From contig OZ176059.1 in NCBI GenBank assembly GCA_964247055.1, forward strand, positions 2,294,001-2,358,000: a stretch of 64,000 nt of DNA, written 5' to 3'. Each line of letters starts with the position of its first letter. The first letter of the stretch is position 1. The notes under the pieces are model-generated. The model searched no databases. It saw nothing but the letters and a program-made list of their open reading frames with translations, and was not told the origin of the DNA. This DNA comes from Paragordius varius. Taxonomy: Eukaryota; Animalia; Nematomorpha. Made by a program: the position numbers and the translations under genes. Positions 14,251 to 26,899 of the stretch are shown piece after piece.

Positions 14251-17200
14251 GCTCGCTAAATAATAAGACGCATTTTATAAAAAGGCCAAAAAACAGTAAA
14301 CAATTAATTTATTAACAATTCTTAAAAAAATGATAAAAAAACAGTAAAAAATTAAAATTTATTAACGATTCTTAAAAAAAACAAAAATATAAGAAAAAAT
14401 TAATCAATAAATGATAAAATAAATTATACATTAATTAAAGTAAAAATATTAAATTACGGACGGGTCAACCACCAATTTACGTTGAAGAGTTTGAGATTTT
14501 TGTAAGGCTTCTATATCACGTTTCAATTCATTCAAATGTTCGGTTAAATCCTTTTTTCATTTATTAATTAAATAAAAAAATATTTTAAACATAGCTCGAA
14601 ATAAGTTAAATTAGGGAAAAAAGATATTTCACTTTTTACATGGGATTATTAAACAAATAAATATTTAAGAAAATATATATATATATATATGTATCTAAAA
14701 AAGTTAGGGAAAATAAATATCGAGAAATTATAAATGCGGTTCAAATACATTGAAAAAAATTTTTTTTATATATTTTAACCAGCTATTAGCACTAAAAAAT
14801 TAAAATGTTTTTTCATTAGGCTTTTTATTAAACGCGTATATCATTTCATTTCGATATCAATATTCCTAAAGTTTTTAACTATGGAATGATATATGATTCT
14901 TTAACATTTATAATTTGGTGTGCGTACACCGTGTAAAAATTAATTTATTTTTTTAAACTTTTTAAGTTATATATATATGTATATATGTAGCATAATCATG
15001 AAATAAAGAGATTTGCTTATTCAACACTATAGTAGGGCAATTTGCAACACACACAGTAGTGTATGGAAAAAAACACAGATTATTGAATAAACAATTATTT
15101 GCTTTCTTTTTCTACTGTGTTTTAAAAATTGTCCAACTATAGTGTGAAATAAGCAACTATTAAAAGAATCATTGTATATGAAGTTTAAAATAAAAAGTTT
15201 TTCAAAAAGTTAAGATTTAATTTTAAAAATAACTAAAAAACAGAAAAAAATAATTATTACCAATATTTGTTCCAAAGCTTTAGCTAACACATCGTAAGAG
15301 GAAGTCGACACAGGTGTATACCTTTTTAGCTCCTATAGTTACATACATATATTTATATATAAAAAAGCGAAAACTCAAAATATATTAACATAAAACATCA
15401 TCTCCCCATAAAGACCTTTATATCAAAAAAACGGCGTTAAATAAACTAAATAGCTTTTGATAGATATTACATTGTTCAAATACCCTTAAACATTTCAAAT
15501 TCACGCTTAAAAATTTCAAATTCACACTGAAATAAATTATTTGTTTTTTAAGGTTAAAAAATTGAAGGTATTTTTATATATTTATTAAAAAAATTGTATT
15601 AAATAATAATACTGAAAATATAATAAATGCCATAAAGATATATTTTATATAATGAGTATTATTAGTTGGAAAACACATAATTTATTTTTAGGGCAAATTT
15701 GAATTGTTTAAGGGTAAATTTGAATTGTTCAAGGGATTTGAATTGTTTAATGGGAATTTGAACTGTAAATGGTCTATATATTTCAATTAAGAAAGAAAAT
15801 AATGTTGTTTTAAAATAATTAAAAAAATGGGTGAAAATCTGAATAAAAAAATGGTGTTGTCATCACATATAAATGACATATCGTAAAAGTGATTGTGCTA
15901 AAAATTATTGGAAATATGTAAAATTACTCACTACAGTATACATTTTAATTTTGTGGGCAATTCGCAACACACAGTAGTGTATGGAAAAAACAACAGTGGA
16001 AAAAACAATATAATCCTTTCTTTTTTTCCATATGTTACTGTTGTGTTGCGAATTTCCCTATTATATAAAATATGTAAAATTACTATAGTTATAAAGCTGC
16101 ATACTACAATGGTATTGAACAACAAAAATTATTTTGAAAAAATAAAAAAAAAGCAAAAAATACGATAAAAAATAAATTATGTTGTAAAATACAGTGTGCA
16201 TTTTAATGGTTGCTTATTTCACACTATAGTTGGGCAATTTATACCACCCGAGTGTATGGAAAAAAAGAAAGAAAAAAACTGTTTATTCGCATTTTGTTGT
16301 TTTTTCCATACACTAGTGTGTTGCAAATTGCCCATATATATTGTGAAATAAGCAACCATTAAAATGCATACTGTAATGTATTAATAAAAAATTTAAGATA
16401 TAGATCTGATACATAAATAAAAACTTTTTAATATAAAAAAAATAACCAAAAACAACTTAATTTTTTGCATATATATATATTTTCTTATGTAATTCGAATT
16501 TTGAAATCGAGCTAAGTATTAGTAGCAAGTTAAAATATCCAAAAAATACGAAAATTATATAAACTAGAAAATCTATATTTTAGACCCTAAATTTGGTATA
16601 TATTATGTATATATATATACTTTAAGTAAAATATGATAACGTAGGATTCTTTGCAGAGGTAAGGCAATTAAATCGCGTAAATGGAATTTCGCTTGAGTAG
16701 CCTTATTTTGACAATCCTGTTGTTCCGTTATAAGAAAAATGAATATTGAGAAACTTTATGAAAACACTAGCTAAACTAGATATAAAAAATAAAATTGAAT
16801 TAAAAAATATATATATATATATATTTTTGTCTGTATAATTTCAATTTTTACCGTGTAAAATAATTACATTAATAAGCTAAAATGGGCCTATAACGTTTAA
16901 AAAGATTATACCTAAACAGTCGTATATATATTATTTATTAAATTTAAGAGCCTAAATTTTCCCAAAATATTTTTACTGATAAAATGATAAAACAATAAAA
17001 TTACTTGTACACGTTTAGATGGATAAATTAGTAATTTAAAAAAATTTAAAACCCAAACAAATATCAATGTCAATAAATAAATTTTATTAATAATGTATCT
17101 AGATAATTGAGTTTTATAATATACCATTTACAATTCAAATTCACCCTTAAACAATTCGAATTCACTTTCAAATAAATGACATGTTATTTAAGATTAAAAA

Positions 17201-17997
17201 TTACCCATTAAAAAATGAAATTCTGCATAAAATTAAGATAATACTAAAAAAATAATAAAACTATGCCATAAAGATATATTTCATATTAATAATAAGTTAT
17301 ATATTAGTTCGAACACACATAATTTATTTTTAGGGTGAATTTGAATTGTTCAGGGGTAAATTTGAATTTTAAATGGTATATTTAAAATATATACATAATG
17401 CATTTTAATGGTTGCTTATTTCACATTATAGTAAGGCAATTCGCAACACAGTAGTGTATGGAAAAAAAGAACAAAATATTGAATAAACAATTATATCCTT
17501 TCTTTTTTCCATAAACTACTGTGTATAGTGTGAAATAAGCAACCATTAAAATGCCTACTAAAATTTTAAAAAGGAAAAATTTTAAGGACTGCTGAAAGCT
17601 AATAAATTCAAATATATCGTAGACTTTTAAAATAATAATAATAATACAAATATATGGTAAAAACTACATAAATTTTTAATATAAAATATATAATATTAAC
17701 CGCTAAAAAATTAAGATTTCCTACGCAAAACACAACTGTTTTTTATAGTTTGAATCAAGTAACTTATTATATAATTTTGTCGTTTGGTTATTAAACAAGC
17801 CATAAAAAACGTAAAAAACCGTCTAAAATCTTTTTGGGCAAAAATAGATAAATGTGATTTCAAAAAAAAAACGTAGCAAATTTTATCCATATTTAACCGC
17901 TAAAATTAAGGCTTATAAGCTTTAAAAATTTCTAAAAACGGTTAAAAATCCATATTTAACGCTAAATACTTGAAATCACCCGAAAAACTATTTTAAA

Positions 17998-18036
<39 letters not shown>

Positions 18037-19430
18037 AAATTTCAAAAATTCATGCTTATATTGTCTAAAACTTTAACACTAACTGTAAAATAAAAACCAT
18101 ACCCAAAACACAGTTGAAAATTTTTCATTAGTTGCAATCAGGTGTGTTAAATGTTTGATTGCTGGGCCCAAATTAACACAATATTCCCCGTAGATCATAA
18201 ATTGGTCCATATATTGTAAAAAAACTTGACCAACACTTAATGTATCATGATTTTTATCATTAAAATTAAGGTTAAGTTTAGGGTTAATGCTGCTATTGTT
18301 TAAAAAGGCTGTAGAGCTTTCATAAGGGATGGTTTGTGTTAATTGTTCCAAAAATGAATCATGTATTCCAATTATATCCTAAAAATAAAGTAAAACATAT
18401 TTACAGTCATTTACACTTTATTTTATTTAAAATTTACTTTTTTTTCATTAAATGGGTAAAAATAGTTGGTAAAGAATGGAAAAACAAGAGCTCTCTGGTA
18501 TTAATCATATCATATTAGTTGGAAAAATTAAAAGAAGTGTGGGGGAAGGGCGTCGGAAATCTTTGGTAAAAAATGAAAATCTTAAAATATTAATTGCGTT
18601 TTTATGTGTGTTAAAAAAAGGAATTATTTTATTTAAAATGAATTGATTTTAAATTAATTAATTAATTATAAATCTTATTATTTTGTTCAGCTAATATGAA
18701 AAAAAAATTTTTTTTCAAACATTTTTTTTCTAGAAAAAGCGAATAAAAAGAATGGATGGAAAACCGGAACCGTTTTTGTAAAACAACAAATTAATTTTTA
18801 GGAGTTTAATCAATTTTTTTAAAAAAGTTTAATATATTCCTTGCGTTATATTATTTTGCATTTTTTGATTACGAAAAACTAAATAATACAATAAAACTTT
18901 ACGGTATATATTATAATCCTTTTTTCCACCATTTATACAAAGACAATATAAAAATAATTTTAGATTATCAATATATTTCAATAAAAATCCCTAAAACTAA
19001 CGATAAAACTGAACATTTTTAGTACCCAAAAAATCTTATTTAAAAAAAATTTCAATGAATATTTAACAGTTAACTTGAAGAGATAAATAAAATAGAATGA
19101 AAGGTACTTTTTTGCGGGTTAAAATAGCATTTCATAATTTTATTTAAAAAATTTTTATGTGGTAATTATTAAAAAATTTTAACAAAAAATTTAAAATCAA
19201 TAATTTGTGTGCAAAAAACTAAAAAATAATATATTATACTTCAATCCTACCAAATATTTTGTTGATATCTTGATGGCTTAACACGGGCCTAATTTTGTCC
19301 AGAAAATCCTAAAAAAACGTAAAATTATCATTAATATTGGTAATAATTGCACATGCGAAATCAAAAAAAAACTATATTATATATATAAATTAATTTATTA
19401 TTATTAATAAAAAAAATATGAATAAAAAGA

Positions 19431-19463
<33 letters not shown>

Positions 19464-21301
19464 TATAAAAGGAACAATATTTTTTATTCCTTAATTTTTT
19501 CTCTATATAAACTATAAAACCATTTTACCAATTAACATCTCTATTCCTTATTTAACAAAGGAAAAATAATAAGTGGTTTAAACTAAAATTATAATTATAG
19601 GATTATCTTTAAGTTTGGTTTGTCTTTATAAATAATTAATTAGTATAGTATAAAACCTTAACGACATCTTTTAAAGCTTTGACATAATTGGTTTCAGTAT
19701 TCAAAAGTTCATGAAAACAATGATCACGTTTACATTGAGGGGCAGGTAAGTTATTCTAAATCAAAATATGCACCACATATATACCATTTACAATTCAAAT
19801 TCACCCTTAAACAATTCGAATTCACCCTCCTTGAACAATTCAAATTCACCCTTGAACAAATCAAATTCACCCTCCTTGAACAATTCAAATTCACCCTTGT
19901 ATAAATTCACCCTTGAACAATTTGAATTCCGCCTTGAATAATTCAAATTCACCCTTGAACAATTCAAATTTACCATCGAACAATTCAAATTCACCCTTGT
20001 ACAATTCAAATTCACCCTCCTTGAACAATTCAAATTCACCCTCCTTGAACAATTCAAATTTATCCTTGAACAATTCGAATTCACCCTCAAAATAAATTAT
20101 GTGTTTTCGGGATAATATAAATCATCATTAATATATAAAATATATTTTTACGACATTGTTTATTATGTTTTCATTATATTTATTTTAAAAAGAATTGTAT
20201 AATTTAAAAATATTATAAAATAAAGGTTATTTTTTAATCTTAAAAAACACCTAATTTATTTTAGGGTAAATTTGAAATGTTCGAGGGTGAATTTGAATTT
20301 TTCAAGGGTGAATTTGAACTGTAAATGGTATATATAAAATATTTTTAAAAATATACGGTATTATAAATTTTTTATCAGGAAAATTGTAATAATGTTATAT
20401 ATATAATCCTGCCAAAAATACTTAAAAATCAAAACATTTCATGTATATCGAACTATTACTCTCAAAAATTATTTTTGAATTCCTCAACCAATGAGTGAGA
20501 TTGAATTTTAGTATAAAATTTAAGAAAAAAATGTATCTTTTTGGCAAAAACCATTTTTTAAAATATATAATTTTATTTAAAATAAATATTAATACAATCT
20601 TATTAAAGCAAAACTAAATCTAAAACTAATATTCATAGTCATCTGTGAGTTAATTAAATAGCCCGAAATTTGATTGAAATGTAGAGTGTATATTTTAAAT
20701 TAATATATATATTAATCACAATTTTAAATTTGATATATTATTAAGGGCTCTTAAATGTAAATTATAGGTGTGATTAAGGTATATAGTTTTGAGTGTTTAA
20801 TAAACAAAATAAATTAAAATATACAATTGTTAAAATGTACAAAGGTATAATTTTAAAGTGTTTAAGGGTAACTTACAATAAATAAATTTTGGGTGATATT
20901 AATATTTTTAAGGATATATATTTTAACCATTTAATAGGTTTAAAAGAAATTAAAATACTTTTTGGCTTGCTTATTAAAATCAATCTTGCTCAAGTATAAT
21001 AAAGTATAATAATAATAAAAGGTATATTAAGGGTGTTTTAAAGGGTTAATTTTATTAACAAAATATATTCGGAAATTACTTTAAATGTATTGTTACGTTT
21101 AAGTGTACACAATTCCTCGTATATATCCTCAGTTATACTATCATTATTATTAAGAATTGTATTATTAACATTATTTGAATTTGTAGGGCCATTTTCTGTT
21201 ACCATAGCTATATTGGTAGTTGTTTCCATTCGAATTAAATTCTGGTTGTTTTTAATACCATGATGAGGTGAATTGATAAAAATTCCCAAACTAGTTAACA
21301 T
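544..21301 (-). CDS. VAV: Vav-family Rho/Rac guanine nucleotide exchange factor (acidic-DH-PH-C1 region; partial, 3' SH2/SH3 exons beyond left edge; CH-domain exons not found)
   Basis: Hand-spliced GT-AG exons with consistent phases: 21290-21080 (..EDIYEELC.., Y174-like), 19755-19657 (KRDHCFHELLNTETNYVKAL, DH helix 1), 19308-19240, 18378-18103 (VFLQYMDQFMIYGEYC), 16716-16621 (FHLRDLIALPLQRILRYHILLK), 15332-15261, 14550-14458 (HLNELKRD), 13150-13056 (GRLYTEGELKI, PH), 12321-12273 (YAFLFDQSLIYCK), 11792-11551, 9432-9315, 7200-7088 (WAYPWVMI..YNMYAKS..W), 6498-6299 (HQF..CDFCHLLLKGYILQGYKC, C1), 5071-5015 (CEYKAHKQC..C), 4405-4283, 727-544 (ends TG|GT, in the Trp that opens the SH2 domain in Vav). 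2097 nt, frame intact. DH-PH-C1 order plus IYEEL is characteristic of Vav. The linker exons 4405-4283, 727-544 and 9432-9315 rest mainly on phase fit. Confidence 0.88.
738..808. repeat. (TA)n microsatellite (many shorter tracts elsewhere, e.g. 5708-5742, 12245-12268, 14216-14249)
   Basis: Direct reading of the sequence. Confidence 0.95.
814..1048. mobile_element. MITE family F (TIR TACAGTCATGTATCC; about 235 bp); other copies 21389-21620, about 30650-30841, half copy 18402-18510
   Basis: Nearly fully palindromic (GGTAAAGAATGGAAAAAACAAGAGCTCTATGG and its reverse complement). TACAG...CTGTA ends are Tc1/mariner-like. Confidence 0.85.
1410..2485. mobile_element. About 1.1-kb foldback element with about 350-bp inverted arms
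   Basis: About 1410-1770 is the reverse complement of about 2130-2485 (e.g. AAATACTCGGTTTTGAATCCTTCGTTTC versus GAAACGAAGGATTCAAAACCGAGTATTT). Confidence 0.75.
2954..3529. mobile_element. TTAA-flanked non-autonomous DNA transposon (piggyBac-like MITE, family G)
   Basis: TTAA|CACTTCGAT...ATCCAAGTG|TTAA, internal inverted GATTCAAATTGGGGTA. Nearly identical to 51557-52136. Confidence 0.85.
7555..8899. mobile_element. Foldback/MITE family C (TIR TACCATTTTTCATGC) with 21-bp subterminal arrays and about 400-bp inverted arms
   Basis: Unit close to CAACATTTTTTCAAGCAAACG at 7575-7800, inverted at 8640-8880. Arms continue to about 7945 and 8485. TA flanks. A family-B-like fragment lies inside at about 7965-8010. 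Confidence 0.88.
8976..9290. mobile_element. MITE family A copy
   Basis: Same TIR, 21-mers and internal sequence; TA flanks. Confidence 0.85.
10478..11401. mobile_element. MITE family B (TIR TACCATTTACACTTCAAGAGTGTCC) with about 11 + 10 inverted 21-bp subterminal repeats
   Basis: Unit TTGAACAATTCAAGTTGGTCC at 10501-10732, with the inverted array at about 11166-11380. TA on both flanks. Nested in a family-D MITE. Confidence 0.9.
11949..12240. mobile_element. MITE family D (TIR TACAGTAAAAA..GAAATTATACG); other copies 1-281, about 5740-6040, 12732-13026, 13270-13900, 41287-41564, 46130-46550
   Basis: Recurring inverted motifs AAACGTAAAAATATAAAGACAAATATTTT and AAATATTTGTCTTTATATTTTTACGTTT. Confidence 0.8.
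13366..13686. mobile_element. MITE family A copy nested in a family-D MITE (about 13270-13900)
   Basis: TACCATTTAC...GTAAATGGTA; family-D arms on either side. Confidence 0.8.
16190..16375. mobile_element. MITE family E (TIR TACAGTGTGCATTTTAATGGTTGCTTATTTCAC; about 185 bp); other copies about 5140-5310, 15015-15175, 15925-16105, 17398-17560, 34545-34756, 46320-46511, 53251-53468
   Basis: Palindromic element recurring at least 8 times in the window. Confidence 0.85.
17122..17378. mobile_element. MITE family A copy (further degenerate copies at about 4735-5002, 6533-6797, 15468-15774, 44470-44737)
   Basis: Shared TIR and internal TATGGCATA/TATGCCATA segment. Confidence 0.8.
19782..20330. mobile_element. 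MITE family A copy with an expanded left array (21- and 24-bp units)
   Basis: TACCATTTAC...GTAAATGGTA with TA flanks. Source of the spurious ORFs at 19788-20095. Confidence 0.88.
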
Positions 21302-21764
21302 AATAATGTATAATATATAAATATCAGTTATATCAGAAGCAAAAGCTTCTTTTATTTATTAAAAATTATTTTTTTGTATTCTTTAATTTACAGTCAGGCA
21401 TCCTTTATTTTATCAAAAAAATTATTTTTTTTCGTTAAATGGGTATAAATATTTGGTAAAGAATGGAAAAAACAAGAGCGCTATGGTAATTCGTATACTT
21501 TTTTAATGATATGATATTGTTAATACCATAGAGATCTTGTTTTTTCCATTCTTTACCAAATATTTATACCCATTTAACGAAAAAATAAATTTTTGATAAA
21601 ATAAAGGATACATGACTTTACTAGAATATCTATCATTGCTTCATTTATTGTTTGTGAATTTTAGATCATAAAAATTTTGTATATCGATAATTTAGTTAGA
21701 TATACATGATAATATATATAATATCCTTAAATGCTTGTATTTGTTATAATAAAACTATTTATAA

Positions 21765-21954
21765 CAGGGGGTGCTCAACACGCTTTTTTTCGGTACGCAA
21801 ATGTGCTCTAAAAAATGTTAAAATAAAAAATTGAATTTTAATAAATGATATACAGTTAATTAGAAGATATATCATCCAAAATTGTGCTCAAAAATCGAAA
21901 AAAAACCAAAAATTGTAAAAGCAGATGCGAAGGTAAATGCGTTAAACACCCCTG
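21765..21954. mobile_element. hAT (Buster/Charlie-like) MITE; similar ends at 40442-40711 and a right end at about 29440-29510
   Basis: CAGGGGGTGCTCAAC...GTTAAACACCCCTG; ATTTATAA on both flanks (NNNTANNN, offset by one base on the right). Confidence 0.6.
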
Positions 21955-23099
21955 CATTTATAAATTAAAAAAATGAAAAAATAGAACTATTATCAAAAAA
22001 CAATTCAACGAAGACCCATTTGTCTTAAATAAAAAATAAAAATATTTTGTTTCAAACTTTATTTTTTCGAAAAATACTGAATCTGAAACCGAACTAGGAA
22101 AAAAATTTGAGCCAAAAACGGTTTCAGTTAAATCCTTACATATGTATAAAATTTAAAATTATCGCCTGTTTAGGATTGACGTGATGAATTTGCTGTAATT
22201 AAATATTCGTCTGCCTATGTAAGACTATCTATTAGTATAACTAATGAAGACGTATGAAATAAGCATGTAAAGCCTAAATATACATTTTTATCAATAACGC
22301 GTAATTAATAAGTAAAACCTTACTAAAATCAAACAAAAACATATTCTCCATATTATGCAAGAAGTATTTTTAAAAACTGTTACTAATGAAACCATTTGAC
22401 TTTGAATAAAACATAAATATTATAAATCTTAACCATCTAAACATGGTTAAATTTGCCTGATAAGGTCGACGATCGATGTATATTACGAAAACAATTAAAT
22501 AACAAAGATGGAATGATTGATAGTGCACGAAACTTGTAAGCTTAACAATGCTTACTAATGGGTGCGATCGTCATGAATGTTATTATAAAGTTAACAATAA
22601 AAAACCATTATAGAACAACTAAGGAATCCAAAAACGAGTTCTTACCTCTTAAAATGTAATACCTTAAAATCTGGCTTAATATAAATCATAACGTCACTTT
22701 AGTAGACACCTATTATCACAAACGTAGGCTTGAAAGAGTACAAAAGCCGTTAGATCGATATATTTCCCACACCCTTGGTTAAATCAACAAAATTCATAGT
22801 TAAGTATTTGTTTATATCCTCTGTAATTTTAAAGTACCAAATAAAATTTTGATTTCTTGCATATGGGCTTGTTCTACTAAAAAATGTTTGACCATTATCC
22901 TTTCCAAACAAACTAATTCCTAGTGCCACTAATGTTTGATTAATAACTCATTTAAAAAAACATAAAATTCTTTAATGAATTAATATATAGTTATTTTAAG
23001 GGCTGCCATTGGATGGTAGCGGCACGGTTTGATTTTATTGGCCCATTTTTGTGTTTAAATCAATATTAGGGTTTTTTATGTTGATTTAGACTTTTTACA

Positions 23100-23800
23100 A
23101 ACAGCCAATTATTCTGATGATGTTGTTATTATACGATATGCGGTTCACACAATAAAAAGCCGTTATATCAATGAGCAATTTTAAACTTTTTTGAAAGTTT
23201 TTAAGCTAAAAGTTATATTTTCACAAATACTTTTGATTCTTTCATCCTAAGTTTTTACGCCAGAATCATATAATGGTAAAATTATATGAAAATATTAAAA
23301 ATATTTTTTTTTGTTTAAAAAACTTTAAAATTAAAAAATTTACTTATTAATTTCTTCCAGTTCTTTGTATCCTTCAGTATTGATCATTGAGTTTATCGTG
23401 TAAAGTGCGGTTAAAAACTATAATTAAAGCATGTTAATATAGCTTTATTTGTTTTGACTGTTTTTTGTAAAATATTCGTCAAAAACTTATATTAAAAATA
23501 TAATCATAATTAAATTTAATATAGACTCTTCCATTAAATGCTTTCTTTGAATAAGTTAAAAATTATTTTATATAAAATTGATTAAAAGTATATTATTCAT
23601 AGTTCATATTTTAAATGAATACTTTCACTGCAGTTTAAAAAATTGGACATAACACCACACAATTGCACAAATATTTTAGATAATTCTTCCAAATTATTGC
23701 AAGTCACTAACACACGATGAAATAATTTTTAAATTTTGTAGCCAAAATAGCAATTTTGTAATCATATGGTATTTTCACATGGTTTTTTCAGGCATGTTAA
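23100..23800 (+). pseudogene. Possible decayed hAT transposase fragments
   Basis: VIIRYAV..NEQF*TFLKV (about 23120-23210) and a THDEIIFKF C-terminal-like segment (about 23710-23740). Heavily degenerate. Confidence 0.35.
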
Positions 23801-26800
23801 AGAGAGTTTAAATATGTTCCTAAAAATTATATATTTTTTTTACATTGTATTTAGTTATGCTAATTCATATTTCTTCGAGGAATAAATTAAGGAGTATTAA
23901 TGTGTGACCTTTTGGGTAAGGTTTATGTTTCAGATCCATTAAAAACTTCAATATCATTATGTTTTAAGCCCAATTTAAAAATACGCTTTCTTTAGCTTTA
24001 AGGCGGTTTACAAATTTTTTTATGAAAATGTGAAATTGTAAAAAATCCTTATCTCAAACTTTTTCCTAGCCCTTTTTGCTATAAAATTAAATCGTTAATA
24101 CAACAGGCAAATAAATTATGTTTAGAAATTTCACTAATTAAATTAATAAAGCTTTTAGGCTACATTTTACCAGTAAAAATTTGATACATATTGAGTATAT
24201 TAGTTGTTCTTTTTACTCGTGTTTTTAGGCTGTCCCAATTTTCTCACAATACTAAAAAAAATTTAATTAAGAACAATGTTTGATAATTAAACTATAGCTG
24301 AAATATGCTAAAAAGTTGTCTATTTAGGAAATATAAGCTATTATTGATTGATGGCACGCTATTAGAGCATAAATCTGTTTTATGTTTTATATTTTTATAA
24401 ATTATATTATTATGGATATTGATAGGAATTTTATTTATATAAATAGGATTTTATCCCATATAAAATATCAAGTGAAACATTGCCGATTATAATTTAATGA
24501 AAGTAGAACCGCTTCCATGGTAATTGCACCATATCGTATAGCTCCAAATTATAGGACATTATACGCAGTGCACAAAATTCGATGATTTTAGAAAAAATAT
24601 TTATACTTTTGTGGAAATTTCTAGATAACTGGGTAAAATAATATTTTTAGTGTAAATTAAATGCTTCATTCCAAAAAATATTATTATAAATATAGTATAA
24701 CTGCGTCCGAAATAGGGGAGTATAAAAAAATAACCTGATGAAATATATATATTCTAATAGGAAAATGTATCACGATATCATGGTGCTTGTTTTGACCCTT
24801 ATAAGTGATTAACGAATGTTATTTACACTTTTATGGTAAATGCTCCATATCATAAAATGGCTAAATTTGCGCATATTTTTTTAATTAATTTTTTTTCAGG
24901 AAAATCTGGAGGCTTTATCCCAAAAAATATCAATGAAATATATTATAAACTGCATATAAAAAAAACTTTTTTTCAAATATATTTAATTTTAGATATCGGG
25001 TCCGAAAGTCCCAAATTTTTTTGCACTTCTAAAATAGGCTAGTCCTCTAAAAATAAACGGAAGAGTGCCGGGATTGAGCGATAAAAATTATAAATATATG
25101 CTAAATTTTAATATCAACTAAAAATATTTTTTAAAAAATGCATTTCTTCAAAAATTTATTTTTAACAAAATTTAGTTGCTTACTTCACACTATTGTGAGT
25201 CATGCTAACGGTGTAAAAACGATTTAGATATTACAAAAACTTTTTTTATATAATTTTCTACCGCTTTATTTTAATTTAAATCTTCATTTGTATTATAACT
25301 TGGTTTTAATTTTGTAAAAAAACACATTTTTTAATTAATAAAATTTAAGGACCAACGAATATAATAAAATTTTGAGCAGATAGAAATGTTTAGCAAATCG
25401 CTTCCCAAATGACGCTGGGTGATGAAGCCGTTTTCCGATTTAGCCCATCAGTTAGACCGTTTGTGATAAGATGGGAATTTTCAAGAAAATAAACTGGAAA
25501 ATTTTCAGAAAAAGTGTAGACAATTTAATTTAAAAAACTTGTTTCCACCATCTTTGCAAATTCTATAAGTTGAACAATCGGCATTAAGCAGGGAAAACAA
25601 TATGTTACACTTTCATCGACTCTTCAATTGGGATTAGAGTTTACTGACTTTTTGAATTCCTTGGATCCGTCTGTGAGGTCGAAAAATCACGTATAAGTTT
25701 GAGTGTATGATTTTTATCTAATGACACTTGCATTTAATTTTTAAATAATTATTATACTCTTGTACCGTTCCACCGGTTGACTATGGTTTAAAAGACCATA
25801 AATTACGCGTCAAAATTTTGCTAAAATAAAATTCTTAGGAAATATATGCTTGCTTCTGACGCAAAATCGGCATTTGTGCGTTGATTATAAAACACTAATC
25901 CATTCTTGAGAGAATTAAAAAATTAATTTTTTTGGAGACGACATCTAAAAATTATAATTTTGTAAAAATGTTGGTTTTAATGTACCTGATACATTTTTCT
26001 ATCAAATTATATATATATATATATATATATATTTTAACAGGTTATATTTTGTGGAAACAGTGTATATCCAATTTTCGTAAAACGGATAAAATAAAACAAT
26101 AATGCAATTTATTAAGCTTACATCTTGCAAACTATAATAATATGCAATTTGATGTATTTATACCTCTAAAATGTACTGAAAAGGATGTTTGAATGTTTAA
26201 CAATAAGGCCTAACCAAGCTTGATTAACAATAGGCAATACAATGAAAAATAATCAGATTTGCACTTTTTAAAGGTTGCAGGTATAAATTATTTGTAATGC
26301 ATGGTAAGAACAAGTTCCTAATTAACTATCGATTCTATTTCTTAAATCTAAGCGGGTATCTTTTTTTGAATTGTATAAGAGTTACACTTATTGTTTCCTT
26401 ATTCCAATCATGTGCTTTACCCATCCACATCTTCCAGATTATCCCGATTTTTGGCTAAAATCATCAAGGTGTGCCTTCATTCCCATGCTACCTTCAGGAC
26501 GCCTGTTGGCCGTAACGATCACCATAATTACGAAGTGTCAATACCTTAAACTAGTGTATACGAAAGTAAGTTAACTCTTTCTTATGCAAACACCGCGTCA
26601 GGTAAAAATTTGATTCGGTAGAATGTCGTTCTCAATTTATTGCGAAGGTATTCCACACCCAATAAAAACGTTTAATCCATTATTTTTCTTGCGACGAACT
26701 ACAACGATATGCAACGAATGGTTGGGAGCAGTGGATAGTTTTGATATTTCATTGTAAGGTATTTTTAAAGTCTATTACGAAAAATAAGCATTATAAAAGC

Positions 26801-26899
26801 TATCATGGGCGAAACCCCTTTACACCATATTTCTAGCCAATGCAGTATGTTAATATTAAAATCCTTAATCATCACTTAAACCCATCTAAGAAGTATAAT

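Noticed and set aside
19788-20095. EGEFELF / NNSNSPL repeat ORFs
   Set aside because: Family-A MITE array.
20750-21050. G-over-C strand skew in the first Vav intron shown
   Set aside because: No periodicity, G4 motif or repeat structure found; could not be distinguished from compositional noise.
23600-23770. CH-domain-like fragments on the minus strand (LFWLQNLKII; EELSKIFVQLCGVMSNF)
   Set aside because: Different frames with stops and no DG motif; the plus strand reads better as a decayed hAT C-terminus.
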